DNA of 64,000 nucleotides, from contig CAVWIZ010000006.1 in the NCBI GenBank assembly GCA_963755195.1, positions 193,731 through 257,730 of the forward strand, written 5' to 3'. The notes beneath the pieces were generated by a model, which saw nothing but the letters and a program-made list of their open reading frames with translations, had not been told where the DNA came from and did no database searches. The DNA is from an uncultured Acidobacteriota bacterium. GTDB taxonomy: Bacteria; Acidobacteriota; Vicinamibacteria; Vicinamibacterales; CAVVIG01. Shown in pieces: positions 46,468-55,529 of the stretch. Every line of letters begins with the position of its first letter. Within the stretch, counting starts at the first letter, position 1. The translations under genes and the position numbers were made by a program.

Positions 46468-48585
46468 ATGGGTCGACAGATACGCATCGCGGCGCTGATT
46501 GTGGCGCTGGGGGGAGCCGCGCTGAGCGCGGGCCAGACGCCGGCGGGTCAGGCGCAAGCCGCGCCCCAGGCGCCTACGGCACCGACCTTCAAGGTCCAGG
46601 TCGATTACGTCGAGGTCGACGTGCTCGTCACCGACGCGCGCGGCAATTACGTGCGCGATTTGAAGAAGGAAGACTTCCAGGTCTTCGAAGACCGCAAGGC
46701 GCAGACGATCACCGACTTCGCCCTCGTCGATATCCCGGTCGAGCGCGCCGAGCGGCCGCTCTTCGCGGCGCGGCCCCTCGAGCCCGACGTCGCGAGCAAC
46801 GAGCGGCCGTTCGACGGGCGCATCTACGTCATGGTGCTCGACCAGGCCCACACGATTCCGCAGAACACGAATCTGGTGAGACGCGCGGCGAAGAAGTTCA
46901 TCGACGAGAAGCTGGGCGCGAACGATCTGATGGCGGTGGTGTCCGCGCGCGGGGTGGCGGGCGGTGAGGAGTCGGGGCAGGAGTTCACGAACAACCGCCG
47001 GCTGCTCAACGCGGCCGTGCAGAAGTTCACGGGCACCGCGCCACGCGCGGCCACCCTCAACCGGCTCGATGATTTCAACCGCACGGCGGCCCAGCGCGCC
47101 ATGGGTGCAAGCACGGGCCCCCCGCAGGATATCGACAAGCAGGAGCGCGAATTCAACGCGCGGGCCCTCCTCGAGGAACTGAGCGCGGTGGCCGACTGGT
47201 TCGGCGGTGTCCGCGGGCGCAAGAAGTCGATCCTGTTCTTCAGCGAAGGCATCAGCTACGACATCCATGACGTGTTCGCCGACGGCGGCAACAACGCGGC
47301 GGGATTGATTCAGTCGCGCATGCAGGATCTGGTGCGCGCGGCGACGAAGGCCAACGTCAGCATCTACGCGATCGATCCTCGAGGCTTGCAGGCCTTTTCG
47401 GACGGCAACATCGAGTTGACCAGCACCGGCGGCGATCCGGCCGGCGCCGGGTTGGACGAACGCGGCCTGCAGAACGAGAACCGTCTGGCGCGCGAGAGCC
47501 TGCAGGCCTTTGCCGAGGAAACCGGCGGCTTCGCGGTCGTCAACACCAACGGTTTCACCAACGCCTACGATCGCATCGTCCAGGAGAACAGCTCCTACTA
47601 CGTGCTGGCCTACTACCCGCCGAACCCAAAGCGCGACGGCAAGTTTCACAACATCAACGTACGCGTGACGCGGCCCGGACTCACGGTGCGCGCGCGCCGC
47701 GGATACGCGAACCCGTCGGGGAAGCTCCCGGTGCCGATCAAGAGCGAGTTGTCGGCCGAGCTCCTTGGCGCGCTGCAGAGCCCGATTCCCACGAGCGGCC
47801 TGACGATGAAGGTGTTTGCGGCGCCGTTCAAGGGCGTCGCGCCCAACGCGTCGGTGCTGATGGGCGTCGAGCTGCGCGGTCGCGATCTCACCACGGCGGC
47901 GAACGCGAAAGTGGATCTGGCGTTTTACGCGGTTGACGCCAAAGGCAAGATGAAGGCGTCCAGCCGCGAGAGCCTGTCGCTCAATCTCAAGCCCGAGACG
48001 AGGACCCGCGTCGAGCAGACGGGCATCCGGCTGCTCAGCCGAATGAACCTTCCGGTCGGGCGCTATCAACTGCGTGTGGCCGCGCTCGACACCGGCGGTG
48101 GGGCGACGGGTTCCGTGCTGTACGACCTCGAGGTGCCCGACTTCGAGAAAGGCCCGCTGCTCATGAGCGGTCTCGTCTTGACGTCCGCCACGGCGGCGCT
48201 CGAGCCGACGGCGAAGCCGGATGCCGATTTGAGGCCGGTGCTGCCCGGACCGCCCGTCGCCGCCCGATCGTTCCCGCAGAACGACCAGATAGCCTTCTTT
48301 GCGGACGTGTACGACAACGACCTCTCCGCCGTGCACACGGTGGACCTCACCGCAACGCTCACATCCGACGCCGGTCGCGTCGTGTTCAAGGTCGCTGAAC
48401 AGCGCTCGACGGCCGACCTGGCCGGGAAGCGCGGCGGGTTTGGCTACGGAAATGCACTGAGCCTGAAAGACTACGAGCCGGGTCTGTACGTCCTGAAGGT
48501 CGAAGCGCGCTCGCGCCTCGGGGACAACGCGACGGCGAGCCGCGAAGTCCAGTTCACCATCACGCCCCCGGAGGACACCCGATGA
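46468..48585 (+). CDS. VWFA-related acidobacterial domain (TIGR03436-type) von Willebrand factor A protein
   Basis: Internal ATG of the 1149-aa ORF 45136..48585; the upstream part is antisense to the M24 gene. It has a signal peptide, then FKVQVDYVEVDVLVTDARGNYVRDLKKEDFQVFEDRKAQTITDF, the hallmark N-terminus of this family, followed by a VWA-like region (VMVLDQAHT..., ILFFSEG, SIYAIDPRG). Confidence 0.8.
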   Translation: MGRQIRIAALIVALGGAALSAGQTPAGQAQAAPQAPTAPTFKVQVDYVEVDVLVTDARGNYVRDLKKEDFQVFEDRKAQTITDFALVDIPVERAERPLFAARPLEPDVASNERPFDGRIYVMVLDQAHTIPQNTNLVRRAAKKFIDEKLGANDLMAVVSARGVAGGEESGQEFTNNRRLLNAAVQKFTGTAPRAATLNRLDDFNRTAAQRAMGASTGPPQDIDKQEREFNARALLEELSAVADWFGGVRGRKKSILFFSEGISYDIHDVFADGGNNAAGLIQSRMQDLVRAATKANVSIYAIDPRGLQAFSDGNIELTSTGGDPAGAGLDERGLQNENRLARESLQAFAEETGGFAVVNTNGFTNAYDRIVQENSSYYVLAYYPPNPKRDGKFHNINVRVTRPGLTVRARRGYANPSGKLPVPIKSELSAELLGALQSPIPTSGLTMKVFAAPFKGVAPNASVLMGVELRGRDLTTAANAKVDLAFYAVDAKGKMKASSRESLSLNLKPETRTRVEQTGIRLLSRMNLPVGRYQLRVAALDTGGGATGSVLYDLEVPDFEKGPLLMSGLVLTSATAALEPTAKPDADLRPVLPGPPVAARSFPQNDQIAFFADVYDNDLSAVHTVDLTATLTSDAGRVVFKVAEQRSTADLAGKRGGFGYGNALSLKDYEPGLYVLKVEARSRLGDNATASREVQFTITPPEDTR

Positions 48586-48995
48586 TGACGGCGATGACGA
48601 TGCTCCTGATGATGACGCTGCAGGCGACCGTGCCGATACGCTCGATCGACAAGGGGCTCGAGAGCCAGATGGACAACGCCCGCCAGGTGGCGGTGCGGTC
48701 GGCGGCCGACTGGACCAAGCTGTGGAACCAGCACGCCGGCGAGCGGGCGCGGCCGGCCGTGGACTTCAGCAAGGAAGTGGTGGTGGGCGTGTTCCTGGGC
48801 AGCCGCCCAACGGCGGGCTTTTCGATGGAGATTGTGAGCGCCCGCGAGGAAGGCGCCACGCTGATCGTTCAGTATCGCGAAACGCGGCCGCAGAGCGGCG
48901 GCGTCGTGGCACAGATCCTGACGTCGCCGTTCCACATCGTGGCGGTGCCGATGCACGCCGCCGTGACGGATGTGAAGTTCGAGAAGACGAACTGA
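48582..48995 (+). CDS. PrcB C-terminal domain protein
   Basis: 137-aa ORF whose start overlaps the VWA stop (ATGA). WTKLWNQHAG...VDFSKEVVVGVFLGSRPTAGFSMEIVS...LIVQYRETRP....AQILTSPFHIVAVP matches the PrcB_C pattern. Confidence 0.7.
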   Translation: MMTAMTMLLMMTLQATVPIRSIDKGLESQMDNARQVAVRSAADWTKLWNQHAGERARPAVDFSKEVVVGVFLGSRPTAGFSMEIVSAREEGATLIVQYRETRPQSGGVVAQILTSPFHIVAVPMHAAVTDVKFEKTN

Positions 48996-49002
48996 GAACG
49001 TC

Positions 49003-49488
49003 TTACTTCTTCTTGGCCGCGGGTTTGGCGGCCGCCTCCTTCGGCGGGTCGAGCGACTTCACCTTCTTCGGCCTCACCGTGCCGTTGGCGTGGCTGAAGT
49101 TCCAGCTGTTGCCGTTCATCTTCGCGCTCCACGGCGTCTGAATGGTGACGGTGTCTACGGCACCCGGAGCGAGACTCTTTTCGAGGAGGCCTTCGCTGCC
49201 GCCGACGATGGCGCCACCCTTGTCGAACCACGTTTCGGAGATTTTGAGTCTGGCGATTGGCGCGTTCGCCAGGTTCTTCACCTTGATCGTGGTGATGACG
49301 GTATTCCCGTCTTTTCTGGACGTCGCGACGAATTCGACGTCAGCCTGACCCTTGAGCGGCGGTTCGACCTTCTTGCCGGCGAGCACGGTCTTGAATTCGG
49401 GCGCCTTCTGCGCCAGGACGGGTGTGGCGGCACTGGCGACGCCGGCGCTCACGAGCGTCGCCACGATGACGAAGCGCGCACGACTCAT
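49003..49488 (-). CDS. hypothetical secreted protein with Lys/Ala-rich C-terminal tail
   Basis: The ATG at 49488 is preceded by AGGAGG at a 6-nt spacing (internal to ORF 49003..49620). It has a signal peptide MSRARFVIVATLVSAGVASAATPVLAQ and a beta-rich body, ending PPKEAAAKPAAKKK. I recognise no family. Confidence 0.6.
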   Translation of the reverse strand: MSRARFVIVATLVSAGVASAATPVLAQKAPEFKTVLAGKKVEPPLKGQADVEFVATSRKDGNTVITTIKVKNLANAPIARLKISETWFDKGGAIVGGSEGLLEKSLAPGAVDTVTIQTPWSAKMNGNSWNFSHANGTVRPKKVKSLDPPKEAAAKPAAKKK

Positions 49489-49541
49489 AGACATCCTCCT
49501 CATGATCTTGCTCACAGGGCATTCGCGGGCGAGATTATAGT

Positions 49542-50000
49542 TCACATCTCGCCATTCCAATCCTCCGGTTCGTGGCTGAGCGAACGGAAGATCTCCATGT
49601 GCCACTTCCCGCCGCCCCACGGCTCAATCACCTCCGCGGCGACGACATCGACGAGGATCTCCGAGAAAACCCGCCCTTCGGGATCGCCCTCCAGGTGGTA
49701 CGCCGGCTCGTCCCATCCGAAATTGGGGTAGAGCATCAGCGTCAGGAAGAGGTCGTACCCGTCGTCGACCACGATGAGCTGGCCGCAGGGACGCTTCAGA
49801 GTCGAGTGGTAGATGAGGTATTTCTCGGCGCTGTGGGCGCGAATGTAACGCTTCAGCGCGAACTCGCGGGCGACGATCTCTTCGACGGCGATCTTCTTGT
49901 CCCAGCAGTCGCGGCAGTACTTTTCTTCACCCCTGGGCTCGGACACCTCTTTCGCTCCACAGAGCGCGCACCGCGACTTGACCACGGCCTTTCTCGGCAT
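49542..50000 (-). CDS. hypothetical protein with N-terminal CxxC..CxxC zinc-ribbon
   Basis: ORF 49542..50018 with a probable ATG at 50000 (MPRKAVVKSRCALCGAKEV...YCRDCWDK). The remaining 120 aa or so are acidic/aromatic, and I recognise no motif. Confidence 0.55.
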   Translation of the reverse strand: MPRKAVVKSRCALCGAKEVSEPRGEEKYCRDCWDKKIAVEEIVAREFALKRYIRAHSAEKYLIYHSTLKRPCGQLIVVDDGYDLFLTLMLYPNFGWDEPAYHLEGDPEGRVFSEILVDVVAAEVIEPWGGGKWHMEIFRSLSHEPEDWNGEM

Positions 50001-50019
50001 ATCATGAAAGTCTAACACT

Positions 50020-50415
50020 ATGGAGAGACCCGCGCATGCAGGCCTGCGTCATCTCGCGTTGAACGCACGCGATCTCGACGCGATGAAACGCTTCTACGTG
50101 GACATGCTCGGCTTCGCGATCGAGTGGGAGCCCGACGCCGACAACATCTACCTCACGTCCGGACGCGACAACCTGGCGCTCCATCGCGCCGCCGACCCCC
50201 GATCGTCGTCCGGCCAGGCGCTGGATCACCTCGGCCTCATCGTCACGGCGGCCGACGACGTCGATCGGTGGGCGGCGTTTCTCGAGAGCCGCGGCGTGAC
50301 GATCGGCGCGCGGCCGAAGACGCATCGCGACGGCGCACGCTCGTGCTACGTCAAGGATCCCGACGGCAACACCGTCCAGATCATCCACCATCCGCCCATC
50401 AGCGGGAAGATCTGA
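50020..50415 (+). CDS. VOC (glyoxalase/bleomycin resistance/dioxygenase) family protein
   Basis: 131-aa ORF with the paired beta-alpha-beta-beta-beta module pattern (LRHLALNARDLDAMKRFYVDMLGF...HLGLIV...SCYVKDPDGNTVQI). Confidence 0.85.
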   Translation: MERPAHAGLRHLALNARDLDAMKRFYVDMLGFAIEWEPDADNIYLTSGRDNLALHRAADPRSSSGQALDHLGLIVTAADDVDRWAAFLESRGVTIGARPKTHRDGARSCYVKDPDGNTVQIIHHPPISGKI

Positions 50416-50426
50416 AGGTGTGAGGA

Positions 50427-52568
50427 TTACTCCTTGCCCGCGTTCCGGGCAAGAGCCGGCGCATACATCGTCTCCGCGTATTCCTTGACCATCCTCCGCG
50501 CGCAGAAGCGCGGGGCCACCGTGCGGATCGATTCCTTGACGATGGCGAGCCAGCGGTGCGGCACGTGGGAGGCGTCGCGGTCGTAGTAGGCCGGCACCAC
50601 CTCTTCCTCGAGCAATCGATACAACGCGTGCGCGTCGGCGACGTCGACGGCCTCGTCATTCCCCCCCGAGCTGCCGTCGATCACCCATCCGTTGCCCGGT
50701 GTGAACCCTTCGGCCCACCAGCCGTCGCCGATGCTCAAGTGCGGCACGCCGTTGATGGCCGCCTTCATCCCGCTGGTGCCGCTCGCCTCGAGCGGCTTTC
50801 GCGGCGTGTTCAGCCACAGATCGCATCCCTGCACCAGGAAGTGCGCGACGTGCAGGTCGTAGTCGTCGACGAAGGCCACGCGCCCGCCGAACGCGGGATC
50901 GAGCGCGCGCCGGTAGACGCGCTGGAGATGATGTTTGCCCACCTCGTCGGCGGGGTGCGACTTGCCCGCGAAGATGATCTGGACGGGCCGGCCCGCGGCG
51001 TTGAGGATGCGGGCCAGCCGCTCGGCGTCGGTGAAGACGAGCTCCGGACGCTTGTAGCCCGCGAAGCGGCGCGCGAATCCAATCGTCAGCACGTCGGGAT
51101 CGAGCAGCGTCCCGGCGACGACGATGCGCGGCGTCGCGACGTGCTCGTCGGTCCAGCGCTGTCGCGCCCGCTCGCGGACGAAGGCGAAGAGATGCCGTCG
51201 CAGCAGCTGACGCACGGCCCAGAGGTCTTCGTCGGGGATGGCGAGCACGCCCTCCCACAGCGCCGGATCGTCCTGGCGTTCGATCCAGCCGGCGCCGAAG
51301 TATTTCGTGAAGAGGTTGGCCATCTCGCCGGCAATCCAGGTCGGCACGTGCACGCCGTTGGTCACATGGGCCACGGGCCGCTTCTCTTCCGGAAGGTCCG
51401 GCCAGATCGAGCCCCACATGCTGCGCGTCACCTCGCCGTGGAGCCGGCTGACGGCGTTGACGCTCGAGGCCGACCGAAGCGCCAGGGCGGTCATGTTGAA
51501 TTGCGCGCCCCCGCCGTTGTCGTGGGCGCCGAGCGCGAGGAATTGATCGCGGTGCGCTCCGAGCGTACCCCAGGCGCCCGCCAGATGCTTTTCGACCAAC
51601 TGGAACGGAAACGCATCGTGGCCCGCCGGCACCGGCGTGTGGGTGGTGAAGATGGTCGATTGCCGGATTTGCTCGAGCGCCTGGTCAAAGGTGGATCCAC
51701 GCTCGAGGAGGTCGCGGATACGCTGCATGACGACGAAGGCCGCGTGCCCTTCGTTGAGGTGAAAGGTGGTGGGTTCGATGCCGAGGGCTTTGAGCGCGCG
51801 CACGCCGCCGATCCCGAGCACGATTTCCTGCTGAATGCGCGTCTCGCGATCGCCGCCGTAGAGTCGCGCCGAAAGCTCGCGGTCCCAGGGGGCGTTCTCT
51901 TCGAGATCGGTGTCGAGCAGGAAGAGCGCGACGCGACCGACATGGACGCGCCACACGGCCGCCAGCACGGAGCGGTCGCCGAGCGGTACGGCGATGACAC
52001 AAGGCCGACCGTCGGACGTCATGGCCGTGTTGATCGGCGCGTCGGCCCAGTTCAGGCGCTCGTAACTCTCTTCCTGCCAGCCGTCGGGAGAGAGGCGCTG
52101 GTGAAAGTACCCTTGCGGATACATGAACCCCACGCCGATGAGCGGCACACCGAGGTCCGAGGCTTCCTTGCAGTGATCGCCCGCAAGCACGCCGAGGCCG
52201 CCGGCGTAAATGGGCAACGATTGATGGAACGCGAACTCGGCCGAAAAGTACGCGACCGACCGGTCACCCAGGCTCGGAAACTTTCGAGTCCACCACGTAT
52301 TGCGGGCTGCCCGCGCCGCATCGAGGGCGTCGAGCGCGCGATCGTACAGCTTGAGAAACTCGGGATCGGCCGCCGCCTCCGCCAGCCGTGCGGGCGGAAT
52401 CTGCCACAGCATGCGCACGGGGTTGTGCGCGGTGGCGCGCCACCGCCCGTAATCGAGGCGTCGAAACACCTCGCGTGCGTCATTCCAGCTCCACCACAGG
52501 TCGATTGCGAGCTCGGCGAGGCGCGAGATACGTGGGGGCAGGGGCGCGAGACTGGCGTAACGTTTCAT
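50427..52568 (-). CDS. glgP: alpha-glucan family phosphorylase (GT35)
   Basis: Internal ATG of the 905-aa ORF 50427..53144, overlapping the upstream stop (ATGA at 52565-52568). LAIDLWWSWN, YFSAEFAFHQSLPIYAGGLGVLAGDHCKEASDLGVPLIGVGFMY, HLNEGHAAF and SGTSGMKAAINGVPHLS (the PLP lysine region) are canonical. Confidence 0.9.
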   Translation of the reverse strand: MKRYASLAPLPPRISRLAELAIDLWWSWNDAREVFRRLDYGRWRATAHNPVRMLWQIPPARLAEAAADPEFLKLYDRALDALDAARAARNTWWTRKFPSLGDRSVAYFSAEFAFHQSLPIYAGGLGVLAGDHCKEASDLGVPLIGVGFMYPQGYFHQRLSPDGWQEESYERLNWADAPINTAMTSDGRPCVIAVPLGDRSVLAAVWRVHVGRVALFLLDTDLEENAPWDRELSARLYGGDRETRIQQEIVLGIGGVRALKALGIEPTTFHLNEGHAAFVVMQRIRDLLERGSTFDQALEQIRQSTIFTTHTPVPAGHDAFPFQLVEKHLAGAWGTLGAHRDQFLALGAHDNGGGAQFNMTALALRSASSVNAVSRLHGEVTRSMWGSIWPDLPEEKRPVAHVTNGVHVPTWIAGEMANLFTKYFGAGWIERQDDPALWEGVLAIPDEDLWAVRQLLRRHLFAFVRERARQRWTDEHVATPRIVVAGTLLDPDVLTIGFARRFAGYKRPELVFTDAERLARILNAAGRPVQIIFAGKSHPADEVGKHHLQRVYRRALDPAFGGRVAFVDDYDLHVAHFLVQGCDLWLNTPRKPLEASGTSGMKAAINGVPHLSIGDGWWAEGFTPGNGWVIDGSSGGNDEAVDVADAHALYRLLEEEVVPAYYDRDASHVPHRWLAIVKESIRTVAPRFCARRMVKEYAETMYAPALARNAGKE

Positions 52569-53557
52569 CCACAGGCTCCGACGAGCGACGCAAAGCGCTC
52601 GAGATCGATGTTGCCGCCGGACACGACGGCGACGACTTTTCCTCCACCCACACGTCCGCTCGTCGCGGCGGCCACGGCACACCCCGCGGCGCCTTCGGCG
52701 ATGACGTGCGCGCGCTCCGCGGTCAGCCTGATCGCCGTCGCCACGTCGTCGAGCGACACGACGATCGATCCGGTGAGCGGCTGCAACAGGGGCCACATCG
52801 TGTCGAGGACCGACTTGCCGCCGGCGCCGTCCACGAACGACGCCCGCCAGTTGCTGAAGGACACCGCGCGGCCCGCCGCCATCGACGCGTTGAGCGGCGA
52901 CGCCGTTTCCGGTTCGGCGGCATACACCGCCGTGTGGGGGCACAGGGCCCGGGCGGCCGCGCCGATGCCGGCCAGCAGGCCGCCGCCGCCGAGCGGAGCG
53001 ACGATCGCATCGACGTCCGGCAGATCTTCGATGATTTCGAGACCCGCCGTCCCGTTTCCGGCAATGAACCGATCGTCGTCGAACGGATGAATGAAGTAGC
53101 CCGTCATCCGGTCGGATCGGTGCTGCTCGACCGTGTGCCAGCACTCGTCATAGGTGGCGCTGACGATGGTGGCGCCAAGGCGGGCGATGGCGTCGAGCTT
53201 GCTGGCGGGCGCCGTGTCCATCACCATGACCGAGCATCGCGCGCCGACCTTCCGGGCCGCGTAGGCCACGCCCAGCGCGGCGTTGCCGGCACTGACGGTC
53301 CACACCCCGCCCGCGAGCTGCGCGCGCGTGAGCTGCCGGACGACGTTGAAGGCGCCGCGGATCTTGAACGAGCCGATGGGCTGCAGGACTTCGAGTTTCA
53401 GGTAGAGCTGCAGGTCGGGCGGCGCCGGCAGATCCACCCGGACGAGCGGCGTGCGGACCGCAATGCCCGAGAGAGCGGTGGCGGCCTCGCGGATCGCGTC
53501 GATGGAAATGTGCCGCGCCCGGTCGGTGATGTGGGCGACGTCCCTCGTGTCGTTCAT
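52565..53557 (-). CDS. pyridoxal-phosphate-dependent enzyme, threonine/serine dehydratase family
   Basis: 330-aa ORF with LKLEVLQPIGSFKIRGAFN (PLP-lysine motif) and a GGGGLLAGI glycine loop. There is no ACT regulatory domain. Confidence 0.8.
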   Translation of the reverse strand: MNDTRDVAHITDRARHISIDAIREAATALSGIAVRTPLVRVDLPAPPDLQLYLKLEVLQPIGSFKIRGAFNVVRQLTRAQLAGGVWTVSAGNAALGVAYAARKVGARCSVMVMDTAPASKLDAIARLGATIVSATYDECWHTVEQHRSDRMTGYFIHPFDDDRFIAGNGTAGLEIIEDLPDVDAIVAPLGGGGLLAGIGAAARALCPHTAVYAAEPETASPLNASMAAGRAVSFSNWRASFVDGAGGKSVLDTMWPLLQPLTGSIVVSLDDVATAIRLTAERAHVIAEGAAGCAVAAATSGRVGGGKVVAVVSGGNIDLERFASLVGACG

Positions 53558-54141
53558 CCGCGCGACGCTCGCAGAGCCGAAATCTGCGCGGACAAGTCGT
53601 CGAGGCGCGAGATCACCTCGTCGTGCCGCGACGTTTCCGGCGTCGGCTTCTTCGCGAAGAAACAGATGCTGCCGCCGGGCTCGAGGACGGCGCGGTCGAT
53701 ATCGTCGAGCGAGGAGAATCCCTGCTTGTGCGCCGCTGTTTCCAGCTCCGCGCGTGTGATGAGCTCGTGCTTGAGGCGATCGAGCTTCAGCATGCCGTTC
53801 TCGATCAGTACGTCGGCGTCGCCCGCGAGGAAATGGTCCATCCGATCGTGGCCGTAGAGAAACTTCGCGACGCCGTAGTTCACCAGAAGGAGCGTCGCCG
53901 CGCCGATGAGCCCCCCGGTGACGGTGTTGTCTTCGCCGATGATCGCGTTCTGCACGGTGTTGGAAATCGTCAGCAAAACCACCAGGTCGAACGGATTGAG
54001 CTGCGCCAGCTCGCGTTTGCCCGCCAGCCGCAAGCCCACGACGAGGAAGATATATACCACGATGGGCCGAATGATTTTCTCGGCCACGGGCAGCCCAAGG
54101 ACGAACATGTCGGCGACAAGCTTGCTATGCATGCCGCCCAT
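53554..54141 (-). CDS. DUF421 (YetF-like) membrane protein
   Basis: ORF 53554..54183 with a probable ATG at 54141 or 54132. GKRELAQLNPFDLVVLLTISNTVQNAI... and a C-terminal soluble domain (LITRAELETAAHKQGFSSLDDIDRAVLEPGGSI) fit DUF421. The stop overlaps the next start. Confidence 0.7.
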   Translation of the reverse strand: MGGMHSKLVADMFVLGLPVAEKIIRPIVVYIFLVVGLRLAGKRELAQLNPFDLVVLLTISNTVQNAIIGEDNTVTGGLIGAATLLLVNYGVAKFLYGHDRMDHFLAGDADVLIENGMLKLDRLKHELITRAELETAAHKQGFSSLDDIDRAVLEPGGSICFFAKKPTPETSRHDEVISRLDDLSAQISALRASRG

Positions 54142-54194
54142 GCTAGCGGAAGCCGGGGGGTTTGTGAGCCCAAAGCGGTACAATTCGGGCTCAC

Positions 54195-54845
54195 ATGCGG
54201 CGTCTGGCGCTTGTTTTCGTCGTGGCGGGTGCGATGCTCTGCGAGGCTCGCATGAGCGCGCAGGAGCCGCCGCCGCGCATCGGGCCGTTCGTCGTCGATC
54301 TGCGCGCGACGGTCCCGATGTTTCCCGACGACTCGCAGCAGCTGGCCGCGAGCCGCAGTCCCAGCTGGACGCTGGCCGACCTTCCCGGCCGCGGCTGGGG
54401 CGGCCAGGTGGGGCTTCACGTGTATCTCCTGCGATGGAAGGCGGTCACGTTCGGCATTGGCGGCGAGGTGATCGTGGCCCGCGCCAGCACCACGCCGCCA
54501 GAAGGTTCGTCGTCGCAGGTCGCGGTGGAGGAGCAGCTGGTGTCGGCCGCGCCACAACTGTCGTTGAATTTCGGCTCGGGCCACGGGTGGAGCTATCTGA
54601 GCGGAGGCATCGGGCGGTCGGTGTGGTCCCTTCATGAGACCGGACTCGAGCCGACCAGCGCCGATGTGGAACGCCTGCAGACCATCAACTACGGCGGCGG
54701 CGCGCGGTGGTTCATCAAGAAGCATCTGGCATTCAGCCTCGACCTGCACATCTACGAGATTCAGGCCGGCACGCCCGTGCCTCCGCTCCCAGGAAGCCCT
54801 CGCAGCCGGATGGTGATCATCGGCGCAGGTGTCTCGCTCAAGTAG
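54195..54845 (+). CDS. putative outer-membrane beta-barrel protein
   Basis: 216-aa ORF with a signal peptide (MRRLALVFVVAGAMLCEARMSAQ), alternating hydrophobic beta-strand pattern and Gly-rich turns. This assignment is structural guesswork. Confidence 0.5.
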   Translation: MRRLALVFVVAGAMLCEARMSAQEPPPRIGPFVVDLRATVPMFPDDSQQLAASRSPSWTLADLPGRGWGGQVGLHVYLLRWKAVTFGIGGEVIVARASTTPPEGSSSQVAVEEQLVSAAPQLSLNFGSGHGWSYLSGGIGRSVWSLHETGLEPTSADVERLQTINYGGGARWFIKKHLAFSLDLHIYEIQAGTPVPPLPGSPRSRMVIIGAGVSLK

Positions 54846-54854
54846 GCCGTTCGA

Positions 54855-55316
54855 TCACGATCTGGTCAGGGCGATGTTCCCGCTGCTGGCGAAGGGCGGC
54901 GTACAGGTCGCGGACGACAGCGCGTAGTTGCCAGCCAAACTCGATGTCGTGCTCCCGATTGTCGCCGTCATGGTGCCGCCGAGCTGGCCGACACAGGCCG
55001 GCTGTGACGGAATGCCCCCGGGGCTGACCGAAATCGTATACGCCAGAGACGATCCTGTAAGCGTGCCCGTCAGGACGCCGTTCAATAACACGATGCCGTT
55101 GGGCAGCCGCACAAGCACCGGTCCTGAGACGGCGGAAGCGGTCTGCGTCAGCGTCCAGGTCATCGGTGCCGCAACGCCTTGCACGTTGAAATCCCCTCTC
55201 CACGTGCCGGTGAGGTCAAGCGGGGCTGAGGGCGACGGCCCGCTCACCGATCGGAGCGAAGTGCAGCCGGCGCACAGCAGCGCGATCGCCATCAGCACAA
55301 GAGTTCTTCGGGGCAT
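54855..55316 (-). CDS. hypothetical lipoprotein
   Basis: 153-aa ORF with a lipobox (LMAIALLCAGC). The body is Thr/Ser/Gly-rich and beta-rich. I recognise no family. Confidence 0.6.
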   Translation of the reverse strand: MPRRTLVLMAIALLCAGCTSLRSVSGPSPSAPLDLTGTWRGDFNVQGVAAPMTWTLTQTASAVSGPVLVRLPNGIVLLNGVLTGTLTGSSLAYTISVSPGGIPSQPACVGQLGGTMTATIGSTTSSLAGNYALSSATCTPPFASSGNIALTRS

Positions 55317-55319
55317 AAG

Positions 55320-55529
55320 CTATGAGCGATCGTACCATATGCACAGTCCATTCCCGTTCGTACAGAGGGCCGCGACCTCTTCAGCGGGCTGGCTGACGAT
55401 CCTCAGCACTGACCCATCGATATCCCTCTTCCACCAAACCGCGCCACACATGTCCGCCTTCGCAGAGTCGGACGAACGCGGGTGTGGTTTTGGTCGGTCG
55501 ATGAAATGCAGTTCTCGGAACGGGGACAA
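55320..55529 (-). CDS. possible small Cys-containing protein (69 aa)
   Basis: The ORF exactly fills the gap between the stop of the upstream gene (55530) and the start of the lipoprotein gene (55316). It has 4 Cys. GC3 is visibly lower than in its neighbours, and it has no homology I recognise. It may be non-coding. Confidence 0.3.
   Translation of the reverse strand: MSPFRELHFIDRPKPHPRSSDSAKADMCGAVWWKRDIDGSVLRIVSQPAEEVAALCTNGNGLCIWYDRS

Noticed and set aside
46369-48336. Long antisense ORFs opposite real genes. Besides this one, they include 16197..17489, 17544..18533, 18674..20101, 38219..39826, 39745..41028, 43752..45239, 50556..53090 and 60754..62142.
   Set aside because: Each overlaps a gene with clear family motifs on the other strand. 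Each has an Arg/Ala/Gly-biased composition and no recognisable domain. All are rejected as non-coding shadows.
52569-53144. The N-terminal 190-aa extension of the 905-aa ORF containing glgP.
   Set aside because: The extension overlaps the PLP-dependent dehydratase gene, which lies in another frame on the same strand, and it is Arg-rich nonsense. The ATG at 52568 overlaps that gene's stop (ATGA) and gives the canonical alpha-glucan phosphorylase N-terminus.
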